Source: a virus
Virus record (IMG/VR): IMGVR_UViG_3300037507_005588
Location: 25,823-89,822 of that record
Length of the DNA stretch: 64,000 nucleotides
Reading direction: 5' to 3' (one strand)
The notes beneath the pieces were generated by a model. That model was given only the letters and a program-made list of their open reading frames with translations. It did no database searches and was not told where the DNA came from. Within the stretch, counting starts at the first letter, position 1. Each line of letters opens with the position of its first letter. Below, one piece after another: positions 20,157-28,760 of this stretch. A program made the position numbers and the translations under genes.

Positions 20157-20187
20157 TTTGACATGTAAAATAAATTTTATAACTTTG
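20157..20187 (+). promoter_or_regulatory. Bacteroidota-type sigma-A promoter for leader peptide/tRNA operon
   Basis: TTTG 20157-20160, 19-nt spacer, TAACTTTG 20180-20187. Confidence 0.75.
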
Positions 20188-20205
20188 TGGTATAATTATA
20201 AAGAT

Positions 20206-20304
20206 ATGAAAACGCACGTTCAAAATATTGTAGGTTTTATGATTGATGTCATTTGTCAAAAATGGTTTCAGCGTCCTATATTTAGTTCGGGTATTTTCAT
20301 GTAA
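20206..20304 (+). CDS. Putative attenuator leader peptide MKTHVQNIVGFMIDVICQKWFQRPIFSSGIFM
   Basis: 32-codon ORF between promoter and terminator; its 3' part carries the antiterminator strand. Confidence 0.7.
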   Translation: MKTHVQNIVGFMIDVICQKWFQRPIFSSGIFM

Positions 20305-20357
20305 ACTACAAAGTTAACAAAATATTACAACCCGAACTCACAAGGTTCGGGTTTTTT
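20284..20357 (+). terminator. Attenuator: antiterminator (20284-20292 with 20330-20338) versus terminator (20329-20357)
   Basis: AGTTCGGGT and GTTCGGGTT both complement ACCCGAAC(T); U-tract follows terminator. Confidence 0.75.
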
Positions 20358-20370
20358 GTTTTATCTTTGT

Positions 20371-20387
20371 AAGTTCTTTGACATATT
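20371..20387 (+). promoter_or_regulatory. boxA-like antitermination element
   Basis: AAGTTCTTTGACATATT just upstream of tRNA-Phe. Confidence 0.6.
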
Positions 20388-20398
20388 AGTAGCCATAA

Positions 20399-20471
20399 GG
20401 TATTGTAGCTCAGTTGGTAGAGCACCAGACTGAAAATCTGGGTGTCACTGGTTCGATTCCAGTCAGTACCA
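20399..20471 (+). tRNA. tRNA-Phe(GAA)
   Basis: CCAGA-CTGAAAA-TCTGG. Confidence 0.95.
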
Positions 20472-20479
20472 CAACAAAC

Positions 20480-20553
20480 AGGCATTTAGCTCAGATGGTT
20501 AGAGCACCTCGCTGATACCGAGGGGGTCGTAGGTTCGAGTCCTACATTGCCTA
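20480..20553 (+). tRNA. tRNA-Ile(GAT)
   Basis: CCTCG-CTGATAC-CGAGG. Confidence 0.92.
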
Positions 20554-20557
20554 CAAA

Positions 20558-20630
20558 GACTTCTTAGCTCAGCTGGTAGAGCAATACACTTTTAATGTAT
20601 GGGTCCCGAGTTCGAATCTCGGAGGAGTCA
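20558..20630 (+). tRNA. tRNA-Lys(TTT)
   Basis: ATACA-CTTTTAA-TGTAT. Confidence 0.95.
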
Positions 20631-20634
20631 CAAA

Positions 20635-20709
20635 GCACCCTTAGCTCAGTTGGTTCAGAGCATCTCGTTTACACCGAGAGGGTCGGGAGTTCGAGTCTCT
20701 CAGGGTGCA
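20635..20709 (+). tRNA. tRNA-Val(TAC)
   Basis: TCTCG-TTTACAC-CGAGA. Confidence 0.95.
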
Positions 20710-20738
20710 CTTTCAAATTTTTTTCTTATATTTGTATT

Positions 20739-21329
20739 ATGAAAGAATTAATCTTAGAACGTGTCACAAACACTTTGGTTGATTTTCAAATTGACGAAGG
20801 TTCAGAACAGAGAACCGTTGGAGATTTGATTGAATACCAAATCAAACAAATCATCATGGGACTCAAGGACTCCAACTTGGTGAGAGAATGTTTGGAACCA
20901 CGTAGCAAAAAATCAATTGAAGATGTGACTTTGATTGGGGTCGACAATATAACAAATTATATTGACACAAAAACCCACGATGTTGATTCTGAATTTTCAA
21001 TGCCAAATTTAACATCCGTTGAAAAAATCCGAAAGTTACTTTTGGATGATTCCAAATCATTAATCTACGTGTTCGTTTCTTATAAAAAAGAAAACAATAT
21101 TGTCACAATTCAAAAAATCCAAGTAAAATATATTTGGGAAATTGACTTCTCAATTCTTAGAATTGGTTCATTGGGAAAGGGACAACTTCAAATTTCAGAT
21201 ATGAATAAAGAATTGGTCTTCACCGAAGAAGGAAAAGTATCTTGGTTTGAAAAACTCAAATCCAAAGTTCGAGAATATCATCAAGATAGAATCAATCAAA
21301 TCGAAAAAGACAAATTGTCTTGGTTATAA
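20739..21329 (+). CDS. PD-(D/E)XK nuclease-like protein inside the tRNA cluster
   Basis: GDLIE...IEDV...YIDTKT; own promoter TATATTTG 20727-20734. Confidence 0.55.
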   Translation: MKELILERVTNTLVDFQIDEGSEQRTVGDLIEYQIKQIIMGLKDSNLVRECLEPRSKKSIEDVTLIGVDNITNYIDTKTHDVDSEFSMPNLTSVEKIRKLLLDDSKSLIYVFVSYKKENNIVTIQKIQVKYIWEIDFSILRIGSLGKGQLQISDMNKELVFTEEGKVSWFEKLKSKVREYHQDRINQIEKDKLSWL

Positions 21330-21331
21330 AT

Positions 21332-21406
21332 GGTGGATATAGTTCAGTTGGTTAGAACGTCTGATTGTGGTTCAGAAGGTCGTGGGTTCGAATCCCATTA
21401 TTCACC
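21332..21406 (+). tRNA. tRNA-His(GTG)
   Basis: G-1, TCTGA-TTGTGGT-TCAGA, C discriminator. Confidence 0.95.
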
Positions 21407-21411
21407 CAAAT

Positions 21412-21485
21412 GGTCTTGTACCCAAGTGGTTTAAGGGAGCGCTCTGCAAAAGCGTCAGTCGTCAGTTCGAATCTGACCGAGACCT
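21412..21485 (+). tRNA. tRNA-Cys(GCA)
   Basis: GCGCT-CTGCAAA-AGCGT, U discriminator. Confidence 0.95.
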
Positions 21486-21491
21486 CAATTT

Positions 21492-21562
21492 TACCCTCTC
21501 GTATAATGGCAGTACAAGCGGTTTTGGTCCGCTGAATTGGGGTTCGAGTCCCTGGGGGGTAA
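21492..21562 (+). tRNA. tRNA-Gln(TTG)
   Basis: AGCGG-TTTTGGT-CCGCT. Confidence 0.9.
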
Positions 21563-21567
21563 CAATT

Positions 21568-21638
21568 GCGTCCATAGTGTAATGGTAACATCACGGTCTC
21601 CAAAACCGTTGTTCTAGGTTCGAGTCCTAGTGGGCGTG
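21568..21638 (+). tRNA. tRNA-Trp(CCA)
   Basis: ACGGT-CTCCAAA-ACCGT. Confidence 0.95.
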
Positions 21639-21719
21639 CTAAAAGTTATGATGTATAAGAACCCAATTTTGTTGTTGGAACAGAAAGGATAACAATCCCT
21701 TCGGGGACATTATCTCATC

Positions 21720-23822
21720 TTATGTGAATTGTAAACTCCAAGAAAGTATTTCGTGATTGTCATTATTACCTCCTGTTGCAGCACCGAATCCCATGTAGTA
21801 AGAACCAGTGTCAAATGAGAAACTGCTATATGTAATGTTTGGAGAACCTGGTTTACTATTTGTTGTATTGTAATATAATGATAGTGTTTGAGCTGAATTA
21901 TTATAATCCGCCCAGAAATATAATTGTTGTCTCCAAAATCCTGCACTTACACTTGTAGTTGATTGTAAGACATTACTCTTATACCATTGGAAATTATTAA
22001 CTGTAAAGGTGTAGAATCCGATGGCATTTATTGTTGATGATGATTCTATTCTACCAACACCGCCACCACTAGTTCCATTGGTATTATTTGTTGTTGTCCA
22101 TTGTACACAATATCCATCGGCACCTGTTCCTCCGCCAATAAAAGATGACCATTGAGCTGAGAAGTTTCTATTGTATTGAATTGCAGTCGTCCTATACATA
22201 TTTCCAACTGAGGCACTTGTTGTTGTTGTTAAAGCAATAATAGTACCTCCCGATACTGCAGCGGCTCCAACAAGAGTAATACCATCAGTTGATGTAAAGT
22301 TAGGGTAACTAAATCCTTGTAAGTTAGTTGTATTTGTCGATGTTGGGGTTGGAGTTTGTGTATTGGTTGGTGTCTGAGTTGGAGTAGTTGTTGGTGTAAA
22401 ACTTGGAGTCAAACTACTCGTTGGTGTTTGTGTAGGTGTTTGAGTACTTGTTGGACTTGGTGTTGGAGTGACTCCTGGATTTATTACCAAACTTACATAT
22501 ACAGGTACACCTATTGTGAATTGTGTTGTTGCGGATTGTATTAGTACGGCATTTCCGGAGGGTACATTTGTAGGAGGTGCACCTATACCAGCACCAAAAA
22601 CAAATCCATTGTTTGATGGCGATTCTTGCCAATATTTGAAAGAGTCAGTATCACCTGAATAAATTGCTGTAATACCTGCTTGATAGAATGTTATGGTCAC
22701 ACTTTGACCTGTAAACACCGAATAATAATTTGTTCTATTAACACTTTCTGAATCTATACTATTGAGGTAAAATCCTCTACCTCCTGTTGCTAAAACATTT
22801 ATGTCTGTACTTCCTGATGTAATTCCACCAGTACTGTTCATAATAGAATTACCTGAAGAAGGGAAGCTGTATGGAAGTGCTACCAAATTAAATGAATAAC
22901 CCGTTAACGCAACTGGTGAGGTCGAAGGTGTGGGAGTATTTGTGGGACTAACCGTTGGAGTGTTTGTATTCGTTTGAGTCGGAGTTGTTGTTGGTGTTGG
23001 TGATGGAGTTCCAATAACACAAACATTATTTACTCCTTCTGCAGGTGTATATAATGCAAAGAATGTATGTAATGGTTGTGTAACTGGATTTGATGAAGTA
23101 TAAATTAATACATTATTTTTATAATATGTAACATTCGTTCCATTATATTCTACCTTCCATACATCAGTTGATAAGGTAGTTATTGAACCTGGAACATTAA
23201 CTTGGTTACCATTTTCATATATCTCTATGAAATTATTTTGTAAGTATATTCCATATGAAATATTAACATATGTCTCAACATTTCCTGTTGGATTATAAGA
23301 GAATCCACCCATTAAGATGTTACCATTAGCTGTAGTTTGGAAGGTCAATGTAACAGGAGTTGTATATGTTTCCAAGGAATATGCCGATGAATCCCAACCA
23401 CCAGCAGATGTTTTTATTGCTGAAGTTGTTGTTGTGTTTGCATTAATACTATTAAATGTAAATGAATCACAGAGAGACACACCATATGATGTCCAATAAC
23501 CATTATTATTTAACCATGTTTTTGCTTCTTCTCCAGTTGCAAATGATTGACCAGCAATAGTTTCTGATAAAGTAATAAACGACCCTTCAGTTAAATCGGT
23601 TGACCTGAAAAATCCCAAAAATGCGGTTGTGCCGTCGGCACCTGGTTGACCACTTGGAGTTTGGTGGGTGATTACATATCCCAAATCTTCATCAGGACCA
23701 TTCCAAAATTTTGGACTTTGGGTAAATCCAGATGTTGGTGTACCAATTGCTAAATTACCTAACTGTTCTGTTCCATCAATTGATGAACCCAAATTATAAG
23801 CGAAAGGACGAGTTGTTGCCAT
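21720..23822 (-). CDS. Virion/adhesin protein with Thr/Pro linkers and C-terminal L-type (legume) lectin-like domain
   Basis: TPTPT tracts; FSYPNF..LVGAA, GADGY, YMGFGAATGG...HEILSWS; TATTTATT upstream. Confidence 0.75.
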   Translation of the reverse strand: MATTRPFAYNLGSSIDGTEQLGNLAIGTPTSGFTQSPKFWNGPDEDLGYVITHQTPSGQPGADGTTAFLGFFRSTDLTEGSFITLSETIAGQSFATGEEAKTWLNNNGYWTSYGVSLCDSFTFNSINANTTTTSAIKTSAGGWDSSAYSLETYTTPVTLTFQTTANGNILMGGFSYNPTGNVETYVNISYGIYLQNNFIEIYENGNQVNVPGSITTLSTDVWKVEYNGTNVTYYKNNVLIYTSSNPVTQPLHTFFALYTPAEGVNNVCVIGTPSPTPTTTPTQTNTNTPTVSPTNTPTPSTSPVALTGYSFNLVALPYSFPSSGNSIMNSTGGITSGSTDINVLATGGRGFYLNSIDSESVNRTNYYSVFTGQSVTITFYQAGITAIYSGDTDSFKYWQESPSNNGFVFGAGIGAPPTNVPSGNAVLIQSATTQFTIGVPVYVSLVINPGVTPTPSPTSTQTPTQTPTSSLTPSFTPTTTPTQTPTNTQTPTPTSTNTTNLQGFSYPNFTSTDGITLVGAAAVSGGTIIALTTTTSASVGNMYRTTAIQYNRNFSAQWSSFIGGGTGADGYCVQWTTTNNTNGTSGGGVGRIESSSTINAIGFYTFTVNNFQWYKSNVLQSTTSVSAGFWRQQLYFWADYNNSAQTLSLYYNTTNSKPGSPNITYSSFSFDTGSYYMGFGAATGGNNDNHEILSWSLQFT

Positions 23823-23839
23823 GGACAACAATAAATACT

Positions 23840-24442
23840 TTATTCAATAATATTTTTCCAAGAATCCTTTTCATAACCCCACATTTCAAAGTCTTCGGTT
23901 CTTTTTTGATAAACAATGTCCGCCAATTCTTGAGTATAATAAGAATGATATGGTTTTTTGTATTGTTCCAAATAGTTGGTTTGCCAAGGTTTTTTACCAT
24001 CTTGAATCATATCCAACAATTCTGACAATTCAGTTTGATTGTCTTTTATAAATGGTATTCGTAAAAGGTCTTGATATAAATTTTCATGTCTTACAAGATA
24101 ATCAGGTTTGGTGTTGTACCTTTTGAGGGTCCCCAATTCATGCCAATTATTATCATAATTCAAATCCAAGAATTCGTTATGGTTTCTAACGAAATCTGAA
24201 AAAGAAACCTTCTTATCTTTTGGAATGTCATCGGTACCGTTTCTTAAAATCCACCATGAGACAGTTCTTGAATAAGGATTTCTAATGTTTAATATTATCG
24301 ACCAACTTGGGTCAATAACTTCCATTCCATGACTTATTCCATAGTCAACGAAACCCAAATTGGTGGCAATCATAGATGTTGCTCTACTTGCCGTTCTTGG
24401 AGGACCCCACCAATGACATTTATATTTTTCAGAAATATACAT
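23840..24442 (-). CDS. Sulfotransferase-like protein
   Basis: PPRTASRA, IRNPYSRTVSW, DFEMWGY. Confidence 0.75.
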   Translation of the reverse strand: MYISEKYKCHWWGPPRTASRATSMIATNLGFVDYGISHGMEVIDPSWSIILNIRNPYSRTVSWWILRNGTDDIPKDKKVSFSDFVRNHNEFLDLNYDNNWHELGTLKRYNTKPDYLVRHENLYQDLLRIPFIKDNQTELSELLDMIQDGKKPWQTNYLEQYKKPYHSYYTQELADIVYQKRTEDFEMWGYEKDSWKNIIE

Positions 24443-24447
24443 GTGCG

Positions 24448-25266
24448 TTAAATCTTATCGTAGTTGAAATAAATAAAATCTTTTTCAAATTTTTTATTAA
24501 TCCAATCGATGTTTTCTTTACTGATATCTTCTAATCCAAATCTTTTTTCTGAGTAGTAGTGTGAACCTATGTTTGCAGATTTGTTGATTCTTATTTTAGT
24601 ATTGTAGTTAAACATAAGATTATCAAACTCTTCTTTCAAATTCTCCAATTTGATAACATGGGGTATAACTTTCTTGTCTTTGTAATATACAAAATCATAC
24701 ATAGTGTCAGATTTTATAATAGATTCTGAAACCCAAACATTAAACTCATCTTTGGTTGGTTTATATTGACTTCTGTTTTGAAATACAAGATTGAATGGGC
24801 AATAAGTCAAACTTAAAATTCTATCATAAGGGTTTCTTACTGTGGTAAACAATACCTTGTCTTTGATTAAGTCTGGATTGTTCATAAAGTAATTTGATGG
24901 TGAATGATAACTATGGGGTGTTTCGTACCATTTTGACCACCTTACACCCCATTCATAACCAGTGTTTTCTATTGTAGACCCACCACATTTTGGGATATGG
25001 ATGTAATGTAGTTCAGTGGATTCTTCTCCTTTATGTGCGAAATAGTCTTGGACTATACGAATCTCTTTGCCAGGATACATTTTCAAAAATGAATGTCCAA
25101 CCCAAGAGGAATAAGGTTTGATTGCTGGGTTGAAGACAGTTTCATGTAAAATATCCTCACCATACATCAGATTAATTATAACCCCGTCATAATTTCTAGG
25201 AACTGTATATTTGCAATAAAATTCACCTGTTTCGCTGAAAATTTTTTCAAATGGAAGTGATTTCAT
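24448..25266 (-). CDS. Sulfotransferase (Sulfotransfer_2 family)
   Basis: YIHIPKCGGSTI, VRNPYDRILS, DFIYFNY. Confidence 0.85.
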   Translation of the reverse strand: MKSLPFEKIFSETGEFYCKYTVPRNYDGVIINLMYGEDILHETVFNPAIKPYSSWVGHSFLKMYPGKEIRIVQDYFAHKGEESTELHYIHIPKCGGSTIENTGYEWGVRWSKWYETPHSYHSPSNYFMNNPDLIKDKVLFTTVRNPYDRILSLTYCPFNLVFQNRSQYKPTKDEFNVWVSESIIKSDTMYDFVYYKDKKVIPHVIKLENLKEEFDNLMFNYNTKIRINKSANIGSHYYSEKRFGLEDISKENIDWINKKFEKDFIYFNYDKI

Positions 25267-25332
25267 ATTTTGTATATTGTTGATATTATAACGGAATAAA
25301 AAAGATTGTCCATAAAAATTAACCGTAGTTAG

Positions 25333-25404
25333 TTTGGAAATTAGAATACTTATTGTATCTTTGTAGGGTTGAAACGGGGATAACACCCCGAAGGTCTTTG
25401 AAAT
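25333..25404 (+). promoter_or_regulatory. Promoter, boxB-like hairpin and boxA-like element of tRNA cluster
   Basis: TTTG 25333, TATCTTTG 25356-25363; CGGGG-ATAACA-CCCCG 25375-25390; GGTCTTTGAAAT 25393-25404. Confidence 0.6.
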
Positions 25405-25420
25405 GTTGGTGAAAAAAGTT

Positions 25421-25501
25421 GCCGAGGTGGTGGAATGGTAGACACGCTGGTCTTAGGAACCAGTGCTGTGAGGCGTGTGGGTTCGAGTCCCACCCTCGGT
25501 A
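25421..25501 (+). tRNA. tRNA-Leu(TAG)
   Basis: CTGGT-CTTAGGA-ACCAG, variable arm. Confidence 0.95.
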
Positions 25502-25507
25502 CAACTT

Positions 25508-25605
25508 GGTGTAGTAGCTCAGGAGGAATGCCCATATGACATTCCCATGGTAGAGCAGAGTCCTGAAAAAACTTGTGCCACGTGGTTCGAACCCCGTCTA
25601 CACCA
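25508..25605 (+). ncRNA. Atypical tRNA-like RNA (Phe GAA-like) with extra hairpin in D-loop
   Basis: Perfect acceptor GGTGTAG/CTACACC, D-stem GCTC/GAGC, inserted GGAATG/CATTCC hairpin, bulged T-stem. Confidence 0.65.
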
Positions 25606-25611
25606 CAACCT

Positions 25612-25694
25612 TGGAAGGTGGGTGAGTGGTTAAAACCGGCAGACTGTAAATCTGCTCCCTTACGGGTACGGCGGTTCGAATCCGTCCCTTCCAA
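25612..25694 (+). tRNA. tRNA-Tyr(GTA)
   Basis: GCAGA-CTGTAAA-TCTGC, variable arm; U1-A72 first pair. Confidence 0.92.
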
Positions 25695-25753
25695 CAGCCT
25701 ATTAGGGGGTTGTTCTCGATTGTAGGTGGGATTCCTACCCCGACTATCGTGTG

Positions 25754-25903
25754 GGTTGGTAGTACAAAGCGTAGGTTGACAGACTGAGAGAGCAGTTCGC
25801 AAGGGTACACACTAAGAATTCTATTTCTCTCTAATGGTGTGTGAAGTTAGGCCATTCCGAGGTTGCTAAACGGGATTCCTGATAAAGTCAACTACTACCA
25901 ACC
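25754..25903 (+). ncRNA. Candidate multi-stem structured ncRNA of unknown family
   Basis: 11-bp closing stem GGTTGGTAGTA/TACTACCAACC, GTTGAC/GTCAAC, internal hairpins, trailing T run. Confidence 0.55.
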
Positions 25904-25907
25904 TTTT

Positions 25908-26507
25908 TTATTTCACCAATGTTTTCCAAGAATTCGGGTCATACCCGAAATTATCAAACTCCAATTTTCTTTGACGGTAAACTATATTGGCCAATTCTTG
26001 GTCATAAAATTCGTAATAAGGTCTTTTAACTTCTTCAGGATAATCGTCCATCCAAGGTACGTCACCTTGATGTAATTTATCAATTTCATTCTGTAACAAA
26101 CTAGAATTATTCTTGATAAAAGGAACGTTCATTATATCTTCAGCAAAATTCTCGTACCTGATAACTCTATCGGGCATTCGGTTAAAAATTTGTAAGTAGT
26201 AAGAAGGTCCAATTTCAGGAGGTATACCATAGGTAGGTCTATCCAACTCCAACGTATGTTCTAAAAAAGTTGGAACTGGTCTATTATTTTTTTTTCGATT
26301 TTTGTAGATTAGAATCCACATAGACGCTGCAACAGCATATGGGTTTCTTGTATTAATTATCAATTCCCAATCATTTCTTACATTAACAACCACATGATGA
26401 CCAAACAATTCATTGAAACCCAATTTATCCAAAAATTCCTTTGTCATACGACTTGCAGTTCTTGGAGGAAGTCCCCATTGAGCTTCATATTTTGGTGAGT
26501 AATACAT
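25908..26507 (-). CDS. Sulfotransferase-like protein (paralog of 23840-24442)
   Basis: PPRTASRM, TRNPY, PYYEFYDQELANIVY, EFDNFGY. Confidence 0.75.
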   Translation of the reverse strand: MYYSPKYEAQWGLPPRTASRMTKEFLDKLGFNELFGHHVVVNVRNDWELIINTRNPYAVAASMWILIYKNRKKNNRPVPTFLEHTLELDRPTYGIPPEIGPSYYLQIFNRMPDRVIRYENFAEDIMNVPFIKNNSSLLQNEIDKLHQGDVPWMDDYPEEVKRPYYEFYDQELANIVYRQRKLEFDNFGYDPNSWKTLVK

Positions 26508-26614
26508 CCGTTTTAATTATAATTAAATTCCTTAATATTTTCGATTAGGTTATTTTGAATGATAAATTTTTTTTGTATATTTGTATATAGAAATCATTAA
26601 TTGTTGTTTGAAAC

Positions 26615-26791
26615 ATGAAGCATCTGTATTATTTTCTTTTTACCGTGATTTACATGAGTTTGTTGGGTTTTATCATCTGGATGACTCAAAATCCTTGGTG
26701 GTTATTGGGAATTTTATTGATGCCTACAGCTAGTTTCGATGACGATGACAATGACGAAGAACCAACTAAAAACTCACAACTCAATGGCTAA
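26615..26791 (+). CDS. Small membrane protein (58 aa)
   Basis: MKHLYYFLFTVIYMSLLGFIIWMTQNPWWLLGILLMP; read manually. Confidence 0.55.
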   Translation: MKHLYYFLFTVIYMSLLGFIIWMTQNPWWLLGILLMPTASFDDDDNDEEPTKNSQLNG

Positions 26792-27428
26792 ATATCAACT
26801 CCTTGTGAACGGATACGGACTCGATGGTTCCGCTCACACCTTAACTGATGAAGAAGTTCAAACCATCCTTTCTTTCAAGGAAAAAGAGGGACATAAAACT
26901 TTGGATGAAATGTACATGGACCTTCCTGAAATTTTGGAGGATTATGACCATTATATGACAAATTATTGGGTAACAACCACAGCTATTGATTCTGAGAGAC
27001 TTCATTTCGTACTCGTTGACGAGCAGGAGAATGTGGTTTGGGACGTTAAACAAGACGAAATGGACCGTTTTATGGAAAATTTCGAATACCCCGAAAATGC
27101 TGATGACCATATAAAAGAAATTGATGCTTATCCTCATGAGGGTAAAGAAAATATTCTTTTGGTTTATGAGACTGTTAAAGGTACTATGTTCGGTTTCAAT
27201 ATTGAATCAGATGAACAACCAAAACCTTCAGACTTTGCAGTGACTGGACAATCAATGGAGACACCAAATTACGAAGAACAGTTGATTGACAAGGTTTTCT
27301 TCAAGGGTCAAGAACTTGAACGAAATTACGATGAGGAACATTTTTGGGGTAAGAGTCTTACGGTAGAACTATTCACAATGGATGACCTTGACAGTGATGA
27401 TGATTGGGATGATGATGAAGAAGAATAG
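26784..27428 (+). CDS. Acidic hypothetical protein
   Basis: ORF from MAKYQLL, coupled to upstream ORF. Confidence 0.6.
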   Translation: MAKYQLLVNGYGLDGSAHTLTDEEVQTILSFKEKEGHKTLDEMYMDLPEILEDYDHYMTNYWVTTTAIDSERLHFVLVDEQENVVWDVKQDEMDRFMENFEYPENADDHIKEIDAYPHEGKENILLVYETVKGTMFGFNIESDEQPKPSDFAVTGQSMETPNYEEQLIDKVFFKGQELERNYDEEHFWGKSLTVELFTMDDLDSDDDWDDDEEE

Positions 27429-27455
27429 TTTTGTATATTTGTTAAAATTTTAATT

Positions 27456-27947
27456 ATGGGAACTAACTATTACCGGGTACCCCAAGGACACGAAATGATT
27501 AAGCGGGAGCAAAAGCTCCGCATGCGGATTGATGAAATGGATTCAATTAATCCAGGACAAATTGAGCGGGGATTTCGTTCAATCTCAGTTGGTGAGTGGG
27601 TTTCTATTTCACCTTGGGAGGAGTTCTTGGAAGGAACCAACATCCACTTGGGTAAGCGAAGCTCTGGTTGGAAATTTCTTTGGAACTGGAACGACTCAGA
27701 ATACTACAAGACCAAAGAAGAACTCTTTGAGTTTATCCGGAGTGGTCGTGTGGTTAACGAATACGGAGAACTTATAGACCAAGAAGAGTTTATTCAAATG
27801 GCTCTTGAGTGGGGTCAGGAAGATGGATGGGACATTCAAACATACTATAAGGAACATCCTGAACACCGTACGAGTTCTCTTTCAAACAAAAAACAAGAGC
27901 AGTATCTTTATGGTCTTCGGGTTTCCACCCGTGTTGAGTTTTCATAA
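27456..27947 (+). CDS. Conserved phage protein (MGTNYY...HLGKRSSGWKF)
   Basis: Motif pattern; promoter TATATTTG upstream. Confidence 0.65.
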   Translation: MGTNYYRVPQGHEMIKREQKLRMRIDEMDSINPGQIERGFRSISVGEWVSISPWEEFLEGTNIHLGKRSSGWKFLWNWNDSEYYKTKEELFEFIRSGRVVNEYGELIDQEEFIQMALEWGQEDGWDIQTYYKEHPEHRTSSLSNKKQEQYLYGLRVSTRVEFS

Positions 27948-27960
27948 TTCTTTCTACTAC

Positions 27961-27984
27961 ACGGGGACTTCGGTCCCCGTTTTT
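27961..27984 (+). terminator. Intrinsic terminator
   Basis: ACGGGGAC-TTCG-GTCCCCGT-TTTT. Confidence 0.8.
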
Positions 27985-27986
27985 AT

Positions 27987-28060
27987 GGCAAGGTAGTTCA
28001 GTTGGTCAGAACACATGATTCATAACCATGAGGTCGGGAGTTCGATTCTCCCCCTTGCTA
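27987..28060 (+). tRNA. tRNA-Met(CAT), elongator-like
   Basis: GGCAAGG/CCTTGCT, CATGA-TTCATAA-CCATG. Confidence 0.85.
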
Positions 28061-28088
28061 CATCAAAAATTTTTATTATATTTGCACT

Positions 28089-28667
28089 ATGAAAATCAGT
28101 AGAAAAGACCTTGAATGGTTCATCAAGAATATCCGAACTCACAGTGAGGGTAAAGAACTCACCGATGAACAATTGGTAGATGAACTTGCCACCTACATGG
28201 AGAGAAATCCAAGGTGTGTGGATATTCATGGTGTCAGTGACCCTGGTAGATTCTATTACTCGACTGTCGGATATGGAGTGTTCTCTTTGTTTGGTGAGAA
28301 ATACCGAATGGGAAGAATTGAAATCTTTGATAGTCAAGACGAGTCAGGTTACGCTGTTGATGAGGGTATCTACACGATGCCATTCGTAGCTGCGAATCAG
28401 TTCGAAGACTTCATTGACTCACTTGAGACCGATTTACCAATCCATATCTCAATTGGTTCTCATGAGTGGTGTGAAAAAGAGTGTGCCAAAGCTCTCGGAT
28501 TTGAAAATCCCGATGAGATGAGGGACCCTGAAAAAATCCAAGCATTTCAAAGAAAGAAAAATGATGATTATGCGGTAGAACGTGGATTCAAAGATTTTGA
28601 TGATTTGTGGACAAATAGTAAATTCGGTGGTAAAGCACCAAGTAACTTAAAAAACGAAGAAAAATGA
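28089..28667 (+). CDS. Hypothetical protein
   Basis: ORF with TATATTTG 28077-28084, 4 nt before ATG. Confidence 0.65.
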   Translation: MKISRKDLEWFIKNIRTHSEGKELTDEQLVDELATYMERNPRCVDIHGVSDPGRFYYSTVGYGVFSLFGEKYRMGRIEIFDSQDESGYAVDEGIYTMPFVAANQFEDFIDSLETDLPIHISIGSHEWCEKECAKALGFENPDEMRDPEKIQAFQRKKNDDYAVERGFKDFDDLWTNSKFGGKAPSNLKNEEK

Positions 28668-28760
28668 TTGTAATTGGTCTAATAGTAATTGTGCAGTTGT
28701 TTGCAATTCTAAAACAAATTGAGAAGGGGAACAACTCACCAACAAAACATCCAAAAGGAA

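Noticed and set aside
21688-21714. Hairpin GATAA..TCCC-TTCG-GGGA..TTATC after tRNA-Trp
   Set aside because: Most simply a transcript-end structure between convergent units; too short to call an ncRNA.
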